A stretch of 64,000 nucleotides of DNA, taken from NCBI GenBank assembly GCA_963819225.1, contig CAWFVN010000038.1:1886-65885 (forward strand), read 5' to 3'. The notes under the pieces are model-generated. The model saw only the letters and a program-made list of their open reading frames with translations, was not told where the DNA came from and ran no database searches. Position 1 is the first letter of the stretch, and every line of letters begins with the position of its first letter. The translations under genes were made by a program, and so were the position numbers. Shown here piece after piece: positions 31,570 through 40,199 of this stretch. Source of the DNA: an uncultured Actinomycetes bacterium. Lineage in GTDB: Bacteria > Actinomycetota > Thermoleophilia > Gaiellales > Gaiellaceae.

Positions 31570-32410
31570 TTGATCGGCAAGCGGTTACTGGTTGCGGCAT
31601 GCGCCACAGGGCTGTGTGTCGCGCCTGCCTACGGGCAGGCCCTTGGACCACAACCCGATCAAGGCGGCCGATCCCGTGGGCGACAGCAACGGTGCGCCGG
31701 ACATCACCGGCGTCACCGTTGCGAACGACCTCTCAGGAACGATTCTCTTCGTGGTCGAGGTAGCGAATCGGACCGGGTTCGTTGCGAGTGACGACATCCT
31801 GATCTACATCGACTCCGATCGAAGCGCTCTGACCGGCTACGCGGACCGCGGTGGCGGTGCGGACTACGTGCTCGGGATCGACGCGGCGAGCCAGCAGCCC
31901 GAGCTTGCGCGGTGGAACGGGACCGGTTTCGAGCCTGCCGTTGGGACGACTCTGCGCCTGACCTGGGCCAACGGCTATGTCGCGAGCGTGAACCACGCGG
32001 AGCTCGGGGCGACCGGCGACTTCGGGTTCTTCGTCCGGACACGATTGAAGGGGGGCGCGACCAATCAGTTCGACGTCGCACCGGCGGACGGGTACCGCAC
32101 CTACACCCTTGCTCCGCCGCACATCGAGGCGATCGGGGCGAGGTTCACACCTGCGGCTCCGCGCGCAGGGTCGACGTTCAGGCTCAACAGCGTCCAGCTC
32201 GAGTTCGAGACGGCGGAGCGCGCGGCCGCGGCGACGTTCACGTGCCGTGCGACGCTTGCCGCGAAACGGATTCGCGGCACCGGTCGCGGTGGCTGCACCT
32301 TCAAGCTGCCGAAGTCCGCCAAGGGCAAGCGTTTCGCGATCTCGATCAGCGCGGCAGCGGCGGGCGGCAAGGCGGAGACGTTCGGCCCGTACTCGTTCCG
32401 CGTCCGCTAG
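31570..32410 (+). CDS. secreted protein of unknown family, paralog B (one apparent frameshift)
   Basis: TTG at 31570 with signal peptide IGKRLLVAACATGLCVAPAYG. After a shift near 31640, ORF 31592-32410 reads GDSNGAPDITGVTVANDLSGTILFVVEVANR...ILIYIDSDRSALTG...LARWNGTGFE...APADGYRTYTL...GARFTPAAPRAGSTF...CRATLAAKRIRGTGRGGCTFKLPKSAKGKRFAISIS. Confidence 0.55.
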
Positions 32411-32577
32411 CCCGTAACCGGGCGCGCCCCGCCGCCGTTAGCGAGGGGACGAAACGAGAAGGGCAGGCGGGCCACTGGGGTCAACCCGTCTGTCCCTCCC
32501 GCGGTTCCCTCGGAGCGCCCCGACTCTCCCCTGGCGCTCCGGGGAACCGAAATCTCTGCGAAGTAGACTCGACGCCC

Positions 32578-32994
32578 GTGCATCGGCGCTGGTTCGCAAT
32601 GGCCGCCGCGGCTCTGATCGCCGGTTGCGGCGGGAGCGATGACGCGGCCTACGATCTCTGGGAGATCGACTCGTGCCTTCTCGACAAGGGGTACAGCCCG
32701 ACGCTGGTCGAGACGAATGACCCTGCGGCGCTCCGTGGAGAACCTGGAGCGAACGGCGTGCTCGAGATCAAGGCGGACGGCAAGGCGATCGACATCCGCT
32801 TCGAGGACGACTCCGCTTCAGCATCCGCGCGCGCCGGCTTGCTCGAGAAATCGGCAGTCGCTGCGGGCCGAGAGGACGCTGCGGACGCGATCGAGACGAA
32901 GCGAAACGTCATGTACTGGGCAAAGGGCGATCTGAAGGTCGGTGATCGACACGCCGAAGCGTTCGCCGACGTCGACGCCTGCCTGAGCGACTAA
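32578..32994 (+). CDS. putative lipoprotein, unknown function
   Basis: GTG at 32578, in frame with ORF 31912-32994; 138 aa. VHRRWFAMAAAALIAGCGGSDD has a lipobox (LIAGC). The gene has visibly lower GC than the bulk. A TAGACT hexamer lies at 32564-32569. Confidence 0.5.
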   Translation: MHRRWFAMAAAALIAGCGGSDDAAYDLWEIDSCLLDKGYSPTLVETNDPAALRGEPGANGVLEIKADGKAIDIRFEDDSASASARAGLLEKSAVAAGREDAADAIETKRNVMYWAKGDLKVGDRHAEAFADVDACLSD

Positions 32995-33129
32995 TCGGTT
33001 AGTCCAGCAATCTGAACCGATTGGCCAGGAGTAGTAGCTAGCGACGCTGAGATCTCTCCTCTGGAAGGGATGCCGAAGAATCCGGTGTGACGCTGCCAGG
33101 GACCGTGCGAACCGTCTAGGAGGCGTGCA

Positions 33130-33552
33130 ATGGCCGAATCGAGTCTGTACGAACGGCTCGGTGGCGCATTCGCCATCGCAGCAGTCGTTGACCACTTCAG
33201 CGAAGCAGTCGTCCAAAACCCGATCGTCGGCCAGAAATCGGAGAACCCCCGTCTCCGTGAATGGCACACCAACAATCTGGGCAGACTCCCGGGCCTCAAA
33301 TTCATGCGCACCCTGTGGGTCTGCAACGTCGCCGGCGGGCCCCAGCAATATGCAGCCACGAAACCGGGCAGCACTTCACTCGGCCTTGAAGAAGCCCATC
33401 GCGAACTGAAGATCTCTCCCGCAGAGTTCGACGAAGTCGCGGCTGAACTCGGGCGAACGCTCGACTTCTTCAAGGTGCCCGAGCAGGAGAAGGACGAGGT
33501 TCTGGCTGCATTTGCCGCGCACAAGGGCGAGGTGACTGAGGGGTCCCGATAA
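33130..33552 (+). CDS. truncated (2-on-2) hemoglobin
   Basis: 140 aa intact ORF, with the ATG 6 nt after TAGGAGG. SLYERLGGAFAIAAVVDHFSEAVVQNP...GGPQQY...EAHRELKISPAEFDEVAAELGRTL matches the trHb pattern (LYerlGG...v..Fy, GGP.Y, H..l.I....F). Confidence 0.8.
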   Translation: MAESSLYERLGGAFAIAAVVDHFSEAVVQNPIVGQKSENPRLREWHTNNLGRLPGLKFMRTLWVCNVAGGPQQYAATKPGSTSLGLEEAHRELKISPAEFDEVAAELGRTLDFFKVPEQEKDEVLAAFAAHKGEVTEGSR

Positions 33553-33701
33553 CCGCGCGAGTTTTGGCTCTGGAGCCGGAGAAGGCACGGGAGCGCGGCC
33601 TCTACGAACTGTGGCAATGAGTTGACCCAGGCGCCCAGTCCAGATCACCCCGTCGAGCGGAGACGAGTGGCCTAACGCCGTCGAAGCGACACGCTGGCGG
33701 G

Positions 33702-34574
33702 TCAGTAGCGTAGACCCTCGCCGCGCGCGAGGACCTTCACTGTCTCGACGAGAATCGCGAAGTCGTGCCGGAGGAGCCGCAGCGAGCCCCACGTGCGCAG
33801 GGCCTCGACATACTCGAGGTCGAGCTTCGCGTCCGTGTGCGGCTCGAGCGCGTCCTTTGAGATCTGCGCCAGCCCGGTCCAGCCCGCGAGCACGTGATTC
33901 CGGTAGTCGAGCCCACGCGCGATCTGTTCCCGCACCATCGACGGCGGCCACGGCCGCGGCCCGACGAGGCTGATCTCGCCGCGCAGCACGTGCATGAGCT
34001 GCGGCAGCTCGTCCAGGTACCACGGCTTCAAGACGTGCCGGCCCGCCCACGTCAGGTTCGCCGGATCGGCCTCGAGCGCGCGCGCGTGCGCCTCGCCTCC
34101 CGCCTGCGTAGCGAGCGCGTCGCGTCGCAGAGTCCGGAGCTTGAGGAGGTCGAACTCGCGGCCGCGCGAAATACGCCGCTCGCGGTAGAAGATCGGCCCG
34201 CGGTCGGCGAAGCAGAGAAGCGCGTCGAGGACGACCGCCGTGATGGCGACGACCAGGACGGGCAGCGAGACGACCAGGAACACGACGGCGACGATCCGGT
34301 CGAGGATCCGTTTGACCGGTCGGTAAGGGTCATGGTGCACGGGCACGCGCGACTCGAATGATGCGCGAAGCGCATGGATCAATAGGGCCAGAAGCTGGCC
34401 AGAAGATAGGTCGACGCGCTGCGGGCCGTCTTCTTCAGTTGGCTCATTCGCAACACTCCTAACGAGTTGGAAAGTACTGCAAGCGAGCATAGCGCGCCGG
34501 TCGGTGTGCAGCAAGACTCGGAGAGGAGAGTGGTGCGTCCTGAGCCGATCGACCATGCACCGCCGTCGCGTCAC
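33702..34574 (-). CDS. bacterial sugar transferase (undecaprenyl-phosphate glycosyl-1-phosphate transferase family); true start probably downstream of 34574
   Basis: PVKRILDRIVAVVFLVVSLPVLVVAITAVVL is the TM anchor. GPIFYRERRISRGREFDLLKLRTL, DELPQLMHVLRGEISLVGPRPWP and GWTGLAQI are the PF02397-type catalytic core. The N-terminal ~70 codons look non-coding or AT-richer. Confidence 0.75.
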   Translation of the reverse strand: MTRRRCMVDRLRTHHSPLRVLLHTDRRAMLACSTFQLVRSVANEPTEEDGPQRVDLSSGQLLALLIHALRASFESRVPVHHDPYRPVKRILDRIVAVVFLVVSLPVLVVAITAVVLDALLCFADRGPIFYRERRISRGREFDLLKLRTLRRDALATQAGGEAHARALEADPANLTWAGRHVLKPWYLDELPQLMHVLRGEISLVGPRPWPPSMVREQIARGLDYRNHVLAGWTGLAQISKDALEPHTDAKLDLEYVEALRTWGSLRLLRHDFAILVETVKVLARGEGLRY

Positions 34575-34850
34575 CGTCGGCTGTGCGAACGTCGAGTCGA
34601 GTCAGGCAGAAGGTGGGGGGTCGCAGGGACCCAATTCGCCTACAGGAAGAGGGTGGCCAATTGGTACGGCGGGGAGTTGTCGCCAGCACTCGCCCAACGA
34701 CTGGAGCGCGCGCTGCAGTGCCTCGCGTGCGGCCGCGCTCTCGAAGAGCCACTGAGGCTGGTCGGGTCGCTCCGCTGTCTCGACTGCCGTGCCGCGAACG
34801 AGCCGATCGATCCGGAATTGATTGGCGCACACCCGAACCTCGCGCACTGA
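34467..34850 (+). CDS. hypothetical protein with a CxxC...CxxC zinc-ribbon-like C-terminus (weak call)
   Basis: ORF 34467-34850. The more plausible short form starts at GTG 34653 after AGGAAGAGG: VANWYGGELSPALAQRLERALQCLACGRALEEPLRLVGSLRCLDCRAANEP. No family recognised. Confidence 0.25.
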   Translation: MESTASEHSAPVGVQQDSERRVVRPEPIDHAPPSRHRRLCERRVESGRRWGVAGTQFAYRKRVANWYGGELSPALAQRLERALQCLACGRALEEPLRLVGSLRCLDCRAANEPIDPELIGAHPNLAH

Positions 34851-34894
34851 GTCGTTTACTCGGGGTCGCCCACCAGATTGCGCAGCCGAAGCGC

Positions 34895-34929
34895 CTCTGA
34901 GCCGCTCAGCTACGCGGAGCGGCTCAGAG
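34895..34929. terminator. 13-bp perfect inverted repeat spanning the corA stop codon
   Basis: CTCTGAGCCGCTC (34895-34907), a 9-nt loop, then GAGCGGCTCAGAG (34917-34929). No U-tract on either side. Confidence 0.45.
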
Positions 34930-35904
34930 CCAGCGCTTCCAGCGGAAGAAGCCGAGCATCGCGAAGATCGTCAGCACCATGATCGCGATGATCACCCAGA
35001 ACGCGGCGTGCGTGCCCTCGCCGGGGTAGACGACGTTCATCCCGAACACGCTCGCGATCAGCGTGAGCGGGAGCAGGATCACGCTGAAGACCGTGAGCAC
35101 GCGGAGCACGTCGTTGTGCCGGTGCGCGATCACCGACTCGTTCGTGTCCTCGAGCGCCTCGACGACCTCCTTGTAGTTGTCGAGCACGTCCCAGATGCGC
35201 TCGGACGCGTCGACGATGTCGTCGAAGTACAGCTCGAGGTCCTCCGGAAGGAAGCGCTCGACCTTCCGCTCGAGCACGCGCAGCGTCGGGCGCTGCGGCT
35301 TGATGATCTTGCGGTACGAGATGATCTCCTGCTTGACGTTCGAGATGTCGCGCACGAGCTCCTCGGAGCGCACCTCGTGGATGTCGTCCTCGATCTTGTC
35401 GAGCTTGTGCGCGATCTTGTCGAGGATCGGGAAGCAGTAGTCGAAGAGGTCGTCGAGCACCTCGTAGAGCAGCCGGCCGGAGCCCTTCGCGAACAGCTCG
35501 TTGCGGAACTCCTCGTCCTCGGCGCAGCGGTTGAACAGCCGGTCGACCGGGAGGAGCGGGACGTTCGGCATCGTGACGAGGTAGTCCGGCCCGAGCACGA
35601 TGTCGAGCTCCGCGGCGTTCAGCCGCTGGACCGAGCTGTCGTACCACGGGAAGTGCAGGACGGCGAAGAGGTAGTCCGGGTAGTCGTCGACCTTCGGCCG
35701 CTGGCGCTTCGAGAGGATGTCCTCGACGTCGAGCGGATGCCAGCCGAAGCGCTCCGCGAGCTCCATCGCCACTTCCTGGTCGGGTGCAGTGACGTGCACC
35801 CACGTGAGCCCCTGCGCGTTGAGCTCAGCGATGCGCGGCCGTGCGGCGGCCTCCGCAACACCGGTGCGGCCACGCGAGCGCCTGATGCGAGGCAGGCTGG
35901 GCAT
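34924..35904 (-). CDS. corA: CorA-family magnesium/cobalt transporter
   Basis: 326 aa intact ORF. The C-terminal signature is LTVFSVILLPLTLIASVFGMNVVYPG (GMN motif) plus a second TM helix FWVIIAIMVLTIFAMLGFFRWKRWL. Confidence 0.9.
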   Translation of the reverse strand: MPSLPRIRRSRGRTGVAEAAARPRIAELNAQGLTWVHVTAPDQEVAMELAERFGWHPLDVEDILSKRQRPKVDDYPDYLFAVLHFPWYDSSVQRLNAAELDIVLGPDYLVTMPNVPLLPVDRLFNRCAEDEEFRNELFAKGSGRLLYEVLDDLFDYCFPILDKIAHKLDKIEDDIHEVRSEELVRDISNVKQEIISYRKIIKPQRPTLRVLERKVERFLPEDLELYFDDIVDASERIWDVLDNYKEVVEALEDTNESVIAHRHNDVLRVLTVFSVILLPLTLIASVFGMNVVYPGEGTHAAFWVIIAIMVLTIFAMLGFFRWKRWL

Positions 35905-35949
35905 CGGTACTGAGGGGATCGTCCGTGTGCACGGTCATCGGCGCGCAGT

Positions 35950-37239
35950 CTACCCGGGGGTTCGGCCGGGCTCCAGCTCGCCGTGCACGACGCCGTGCGC
36001 GAGTTCCGCACGAGGAATGCGACGAAGCGGCTCGGGAACGAGGCGCTCGAGCGCGATCGCTCCCGCGGCCGCGACCAGGCAGACCGCCGCCGCGAGCGGC
36101 CAGAGCGCAAACGGCGCGGTCGCGAGGATCAGCCCGCCGATCGCCGGCCCGGCCACGCCGCCGAGCCCCCACGACATCGAGTGCAGCGCGAAGTAGCGAC
36201 CGCGCAGGCGTTCGGCTCCGAGCTCGCCGACGAGCGCCTGGTGCGCGGGCCCGTGCAGGCACTCCCCGATCCCGAACACGATCGCGAAGACGGTGATCGC
36301 CACGAACGCGGCCGTCGCTTCGAGCCAGTAGCCGGTCGCGTCCACCCCGAGCCACGCGACGGCCCAGAGGACCGGCATCAGCGCGAGCGCGCGCAGGCGG
36401 CGTTTCCCTTCGAGCCAGCGGGAGATCGGGAGCTGCGCGAGCACGATCGTGACCGTGTTGAAGAAGAAGACGGCGCCGATCTGTCGCTCGCTCAGGCCGC
36501 TGTGGTCGCTGATGAACGGCGGGAGGAGGTTGAGCAGCGAGTAGCCCGCGGCGACGAAGAGGAAGTTCAGCGACCACAGGCCGAGGAACAGCCGGTCGCG
36601 CAGCACTTCGCGATACGAGCCGGCGGACTCGCCCTCGCGGAGCGGCGGCGTGCCGGGGTCGCGGACGAACGAGAGCACGCCGACGTAGGCGAGGAACGTG
36701 AGCCCGTCGAGGACGAACAGGACGGTGAAGGACGTCGGCGAGTCGGCGTTCGCGATCAGGCCGCCGGTCAACCCGCCGAGGCCGACGCCGAGGTTCATCG
36801 TGACGCGCTGCTGCGCGAACGCGGCGTGAAGTCGCGCGGGCGGCGTCAGGCGGGAGATCAGCGTCGACTGGCTCGGCCAGAACGCCGCGCTGCCGATGCC
36901 TTCGAACGCGAGCAGCGCGTACGCGTGCCACGGCTCGCTCACGAGCGGGAGCAGCCCGAACCCGAGGGCCTGGATGACGAGGCCGGCGCGGAGCACGCGC
37001 TTCGCTCCGAGGCGGTCGATCACGGGGCCCATCGCGACGCCGGCGATCAGCTGCGCTGCCGCCGAGATCGCGATCGCGATCCCCGCGGTGGCGATCCCGA
37101 ACCCGCGGACGTCGGTCAGGTAGATCGCGAGGAACGGGAACACGACGCCGTTCCCGAACGAGTTCGCGACGCCGCCGATCTGGAGCAGCCAGACGTCGCG
37201 GGGGAGCTGCGGATCGAGTGAGCGGAGGTAGCCTCGCAC
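35950..37239 (-). CDS. MFS transporter
   Basis: 429 aa intact ORF with about 12 TM helices. MFS-type loop GPVIDRLGAKRVLRAGL between TM2 and TM3. Confidence 0.8.
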   Translation of the reverse strand: MRGYLRSLDPQLPRDVWLLQIGGVANSFGNGVVFPFLAIYLTDVRGFGIATAGIAIAISAAAQLIAGVAMGPVIDRLGAKRVLRAGLVIQALGFGLLPLVSEPWHAYALLAFEGIGSAAFWPSQSTLISRLTPPARLHAAFAQQRVTMNLGVGLGGLTGGLIANADSPTSFTVLFVLDGLTFLAYVGVLSFVRDPGTPPLREGESAGSYREVLRDRLFLGLWSLNFLFVAAGYSLLNLLPPFISDHSGLSERQIGAVFFFNTVTIVLAQLPISRWLEGKRRLRALALMPVLWAVAWLGVDATGYWLEATAAFVAITVFAIVFGIGECLHGPAHQALVGELGAERLRGRYFALHSMSWGLGGVAGPAIGGLILATAPFALWPLAAAVCLVAAAGAIALERLVPEPLRRIPRAELAHGVVHGELEPGRTPG

Positions 37240-37266
37240 GCGCGCGAGGCTACCTCCGACCCGGTG

Positions 37267-37947
37267 TTAGCTCCGCGAGCGGTTGACGAGCCGCTCGATG
37301 TGCGCGGGTGCGCGCTCGAGCAGCTTCTGCGCGCGGGCGGCGTCGAGCCTGCCCGCGGCGACCGCCGCGTCGACCTTCTGCTTCAGGGCTGCGAGCAGCG
37401 CCTGCTCCAGTCCGTCGACCGACTTGCTCTTCGCCGTCGCGACCTGCGCGAGCGACTTGCCCGCACGGAGGTCGGTCACGAGCTGTGCGTTCGTCACGCC
37501 GAGGTACGTCGCAGCGGCCTTGAGCAGCCCGCCGCGTGCGCCCTTCGCGCGCGTTGCCCGCGCGCGCGGCTTCGCGTTGACCAGCCGCTCGACGAGCTGC
37601 GGTGCGCGCTGCAGCAGCCGATCGGCGCGAGCAGCGTCGAGCTTGCCGGCGGCTTTTGCGGCGTCGACCTTCGTCTTGATCGCCGCGACGAGCGCGGTCT
37701 CCAGCCCGTCCACCGACTTGCCTTTCGCGGTCGCGATCTGGGCGAGCGACTTGCCCGATCGAAGCTCGGTCCGAAGCGCGACCGGCGTCACGCCGAGATA
37801 CGCGGCCGCAGCGGGCAACAGCCCGCGCTGTTGAACCTTCGCCGCGCGAGGCTTCGCCTTGCCGGGAGCCTTCGCAACGGCGACGGCGGCCCCGGCGCCG
37901 ACGAGCAGCCCGAGCACGAGCAGAACAGAGGTGATGCGTCTCATCAA
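37267..37947 (-). CDS. secreted Ala/Lys-rich protein made of two 98-aa tandem repeats, unknown function
   Basis: 226 aa intact ORF with signal peptide MMRRITSVLLVLGLLVGAGAAVAVA. Repeat 1 is residues 42-139 and repeat 2 is residues 140-226 (GLLpAAAaYLGVT...LRsGKSLAQ.ATAK.KSVDGLE.AL.AA.K.KVDAA.AAG.LDAARA..LL.RAP...ERLVN). Confidence 0.6.
   Translation of the reverse strand: MMRRITSVLLVLGLLVGAGAAVAVAKAPGKAKPRAAKVQQRGLLPAAAAYLGVTPVALRTELRSGKSLAQIATAKGKSVDGLETALVAAIKTKVDAAKAAGKLDAARADRLLQRAPQLVERLVNAKPRARATRAKGARGGLLKAAATYLGVTNAQLVTDLRAGKSLAQVATAKSKSVDGLEQALLAALKQKVDAAVAAGRLDAARAQKLLERAPAHIERLVNRSRS
37270..37824 (-). repeat. intragenic tandem duplication, period 294 bp (2 copies: 37270-37530 and 37531-37824)
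   Basis: Derived from the protein self-alignment above. At the DNA level GTTGACGAGCCGCTCGA (about 37281) and GTTGACCAGCCGCTCGA (about 37575) recur 294 nt apart. Confidence 0.7.
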
Positions 37948-38013
37948 GCGTCCTTTCGAAGTTGAACGGACGCAAGGTAGCGCCGAGTCATGAAGGTTTC
38001 CTGAACTCGCCAG

Positions 38014-38086
<73 letters not shown>

Positions 38087-38103
38087 TGGAGAGAGGGAGT
38101 CTA

Positions 38104-38139
38104 GCCCGAACGAAAACGGGCCGGCTTGCGCCGGCCCGT
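38104..38139 (-). terminator. rho-independent terminator of the M43 protease gene
   Basis: 10-bp perfect stem ACGGGCCGGC/GCCGGCCCGT with loop TTGC (38116-38139), followed on the minus strand by TTTTCGTTCGGGC. Confidence 0.7.
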
Positions 38140-38162
38140 CGTCGCATCGCTCGTCCTGTGCG

Positions 38163-39122
38163 CTACGCGCGCCAGAGGAGCCAGGCGTCGCGCATGCGCT
38201 GCGTCTGACCCGCGGTGAACTCCCAGTAGCAGGAGTCGTACGAGTAGTCCATGTAGTTGTGGATCGGGTCGAGCCCCGCCTCTCGGCACGTGTCCTGGCC
38301 TTCCGGACAGCCGCTCGTCGGGACCTTCTGCGCCGGCGTGTCGTCGACGAAGTCACCCTTCGCGTTGCAGCCGCCGAAGAACGTGTGCTCGAGGTTGAGC
38401 CAGTGGCCGGCCTCGTGGGTCGCCGTCTGGCCGAGGTCGTACCGCCCGGCGTAGGTCGTCGACGCACCGGGCATGGACTCCCAGTCGACGACGATTCCGT
38501 CGAGGTACTCCTGCCCCGGCTTCGTGACGATGTCGGGCAGGTACGCCCAGCCGAGGTAGGCAGCCGCGGTCGTCGCGTAGATGTTCAGCGTCTCGGGACC
38601 GCCGCGGTGCAGCGTCCGCTTCATCGTGTTGGCGTCGGTGCCGCCGATCCCCGCGTAGTGCCAGGCGGCGTTGTCGGTGCGCGTGACCCCGGCGAGCCTG
38701 AACGAGAACCCGGTGTTCGCGCCTCCGTAGAAGCCGCCGAACGCGAGGTTGAGCACGTTCATCTGCTCCTGGATCACGGTGTTCGAGATGTTCCCGATCG
38801 CCCCGTCGCTGACGACGTGGAACCAGACGGGCACGGACTGCCGGAAGTTCTTGCCGGCCTTGCCCTTCGCTGAGGCCGGAAGCTCCGCGTGGACCTCGCT
38901 GAGGTCCGGCTCGCGCGCGTCGCCTCCGCGTGCGGCGATCGAGCTTCCGCCGAAGAGGCTGAACGTCGCCGCACCCTCAGTGGCAAGCGGATTGCAGTTG
39001 GCCGACTGCTCGGCCTTGTTCGGAGCCGCGGCGGCCGGCGCGACCGACCAGGCCGTGAGGCCGGCGAGCACGACGACGAACAGGACAAACGCACGCTGAC
39101 GGCGTGTGGAGATTGCTCTCAA
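38163..39122 (-). CDS. secreted M43-family (pappalysin/cytophagalysin-like) zinc metalloprotease
   Basis: 319 aa intact ORF with signal peptide RAFVLFVVVLAGLTAWSVAPAAA. Extended zinc motif HEAGHWLNLEHTF, followed by Cys-rich DDTPAQKVPTSGCPEGQDTC and NYMDYS (Met-turn region). Confidence 0.8.
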   Translation of the reverse strand: MRAISTRRQRAFVLFVVVLAGLTAWSVAPAAAAPNKAEQSANCNPLATEGAATFSLFGGSSIAARGGDAREPDLSEVHAELPASAKGKAGKNFRQSVPVWFHVVSDGAIGNISNTVIQEQMNVLNLAFGGFYGGANTGFSFRLAGVTRTDNAAWHYAGIGGTDANTMKRTLHRGGPETLNIYATTAAAYLGWAYLPDIVTKPGQEYLDGIVVDWESMPGASTTYAGRYDLGQTATHEAGHWLNLEHTFFGGCNAKGDFVDDTPAQKVPTSGCPEGQDTCREAGLDPIHNYMDYSYDSCYWEFTAGQTQRMRDAWLLWRA

Positions 39123-39188
39123 GTTACGCCCTCCCCCTAGTCGCGATAACCCTGTGAGCGGGTGAGAATAGCGGGCTAGGCTTCAGCC

Positions 39189-40199
39189 GTGGAGCTGACC
39201 GCGCGTCTCGTGACCGTGCCCCTCGCGGAGACGTTCGTGATCGCCCGCAGCTCGCAGGAAGAGGTCGAGCTCTGCCAGGTCGAGCTCCGGCACGGCGACG
39301 TGAGCGGGTTCGGCGAGGCGGCGCCGATCGACCGCTACGGCGAGTCGGCCGAGTCGGCGCGCGCGTACGTCGAGGAGCACGCCGAGCTGCTCGGCGACGA
39401 CCCGTTTGCGCTCGACGAGATCTTCGAGCGCCTGCCGAGGCGGGAGTTCGCCGCGCGCGCTGCGCTCGACGCCGCGTTGCACGACCTCTGCGGGAAGCTC
39501 GCCGGCCAGCCGGTCTGGCGGCTGCTCGGGCTGCGCCGCGCAGGCCCGCCGACGTCGTGGACGGTCTGGCTCGGCGACCCCGACGACATGGCGCGCCGTG
39601 CGGAGCTCGCGGCGCCGCGGTTCCGGCGACTGAAGCTCAAGCTCGGCGGGGGAGACGGGCTCGACGTCGAGCGCGTGCGCGCGGTGCGTTCCGCGACCGA
39701 CCGTCCGCTCCAGGTCGACGTGAACGAGTACTGGACGCTCGACGAGGCGCTCGAGAACCTGCCGCAGCTGGAGATCGACTACTGCGAGCAGCCGCTGCCG
39801 GCCGGCGACCCGGACGGGCCGGAGCTGAAGCGGCGCTCGCCCGTGCCGATCTTCGTCGACGAGGACTGCCACACGCTGGACGACGTCGCCGCGTGCGCGG
39901 AGCGTGCGCACGGGATCAACATCAAGCTCGCGAAGTCGGGCGGGATCCGCGAAGCGGTGCGCATGGCGCACGCTGCGCGGGCGCTCGGCCTCGGCGTGAT
40001 GCTCGGCTGCATGGTCGAGTCCGGCCTCTCGGTCGCCGCAGGTGCGCAGATCGCGTCGCTGATGGACCACGTCGACCTCGACGGCAACCTGCTGCTCGCG
40101 TACGACCCGTGGCCGGGCGTCGAGTTCGTCGACGGCGTCCAGCTTCCCTCGAACGACCCGGGGCTCGGTGTCAGAGAAGCGATACCTGATCCTCGCTGA
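39189..40199 (+). CDS. enolase-superfamily (MR/MLE) dipeptide epimerase / N-acyl amino acid racemase-like enzyme
   Basis: 336 aa intact ORF starting at GTG 39189. Catalytic Lys pair region RRLKLKLGG, metal ligands in QVDVNEYW / CEQPL / FVDEDC, and second base in INIKLAKSGG. Confidence 0.8.
   Translation: MELTARLVTVPLAETFVIARSSQEEVELCQVELRHGDVSGFGEAAPIDRYGESAESARAYVEEHAELLGDDPFALDEIFERLPRREFAARAALDAALHDLCGKLAGQPVWRLLGLRRAGPPTSWTVWLGDPDDMARRAELAAPRFRRLKLKLGGGDGLDVERVRAVRSATDRPLQVDVNEYWTLDEALENLPQLEIDYCEQPLPAGDPDGPELKRRSPVPIFVDEDCHTLDDVAACAERAHGINIKLAKSGGIREAVRMAHAARALGLGVMLGCMVESGLSVAAGAQIASLMDHVDLDGNLLLAYDPWPGVEFVDGVQLPSNDPGLGVREAIPDPR

Noticed and set aside
34467-34652. The N-terminal 62 codons of ORF 34467-34850, and the first ~70 codons of the sugar-transferase ORF on the other strand.
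   Set aside because: Both lie in the same AT-richer, overlapping stretch and have non-protein-like composition. More likely this is the divergent promoter region, with true starts further in (GTG 34653, and near 34400 on the minus strand).
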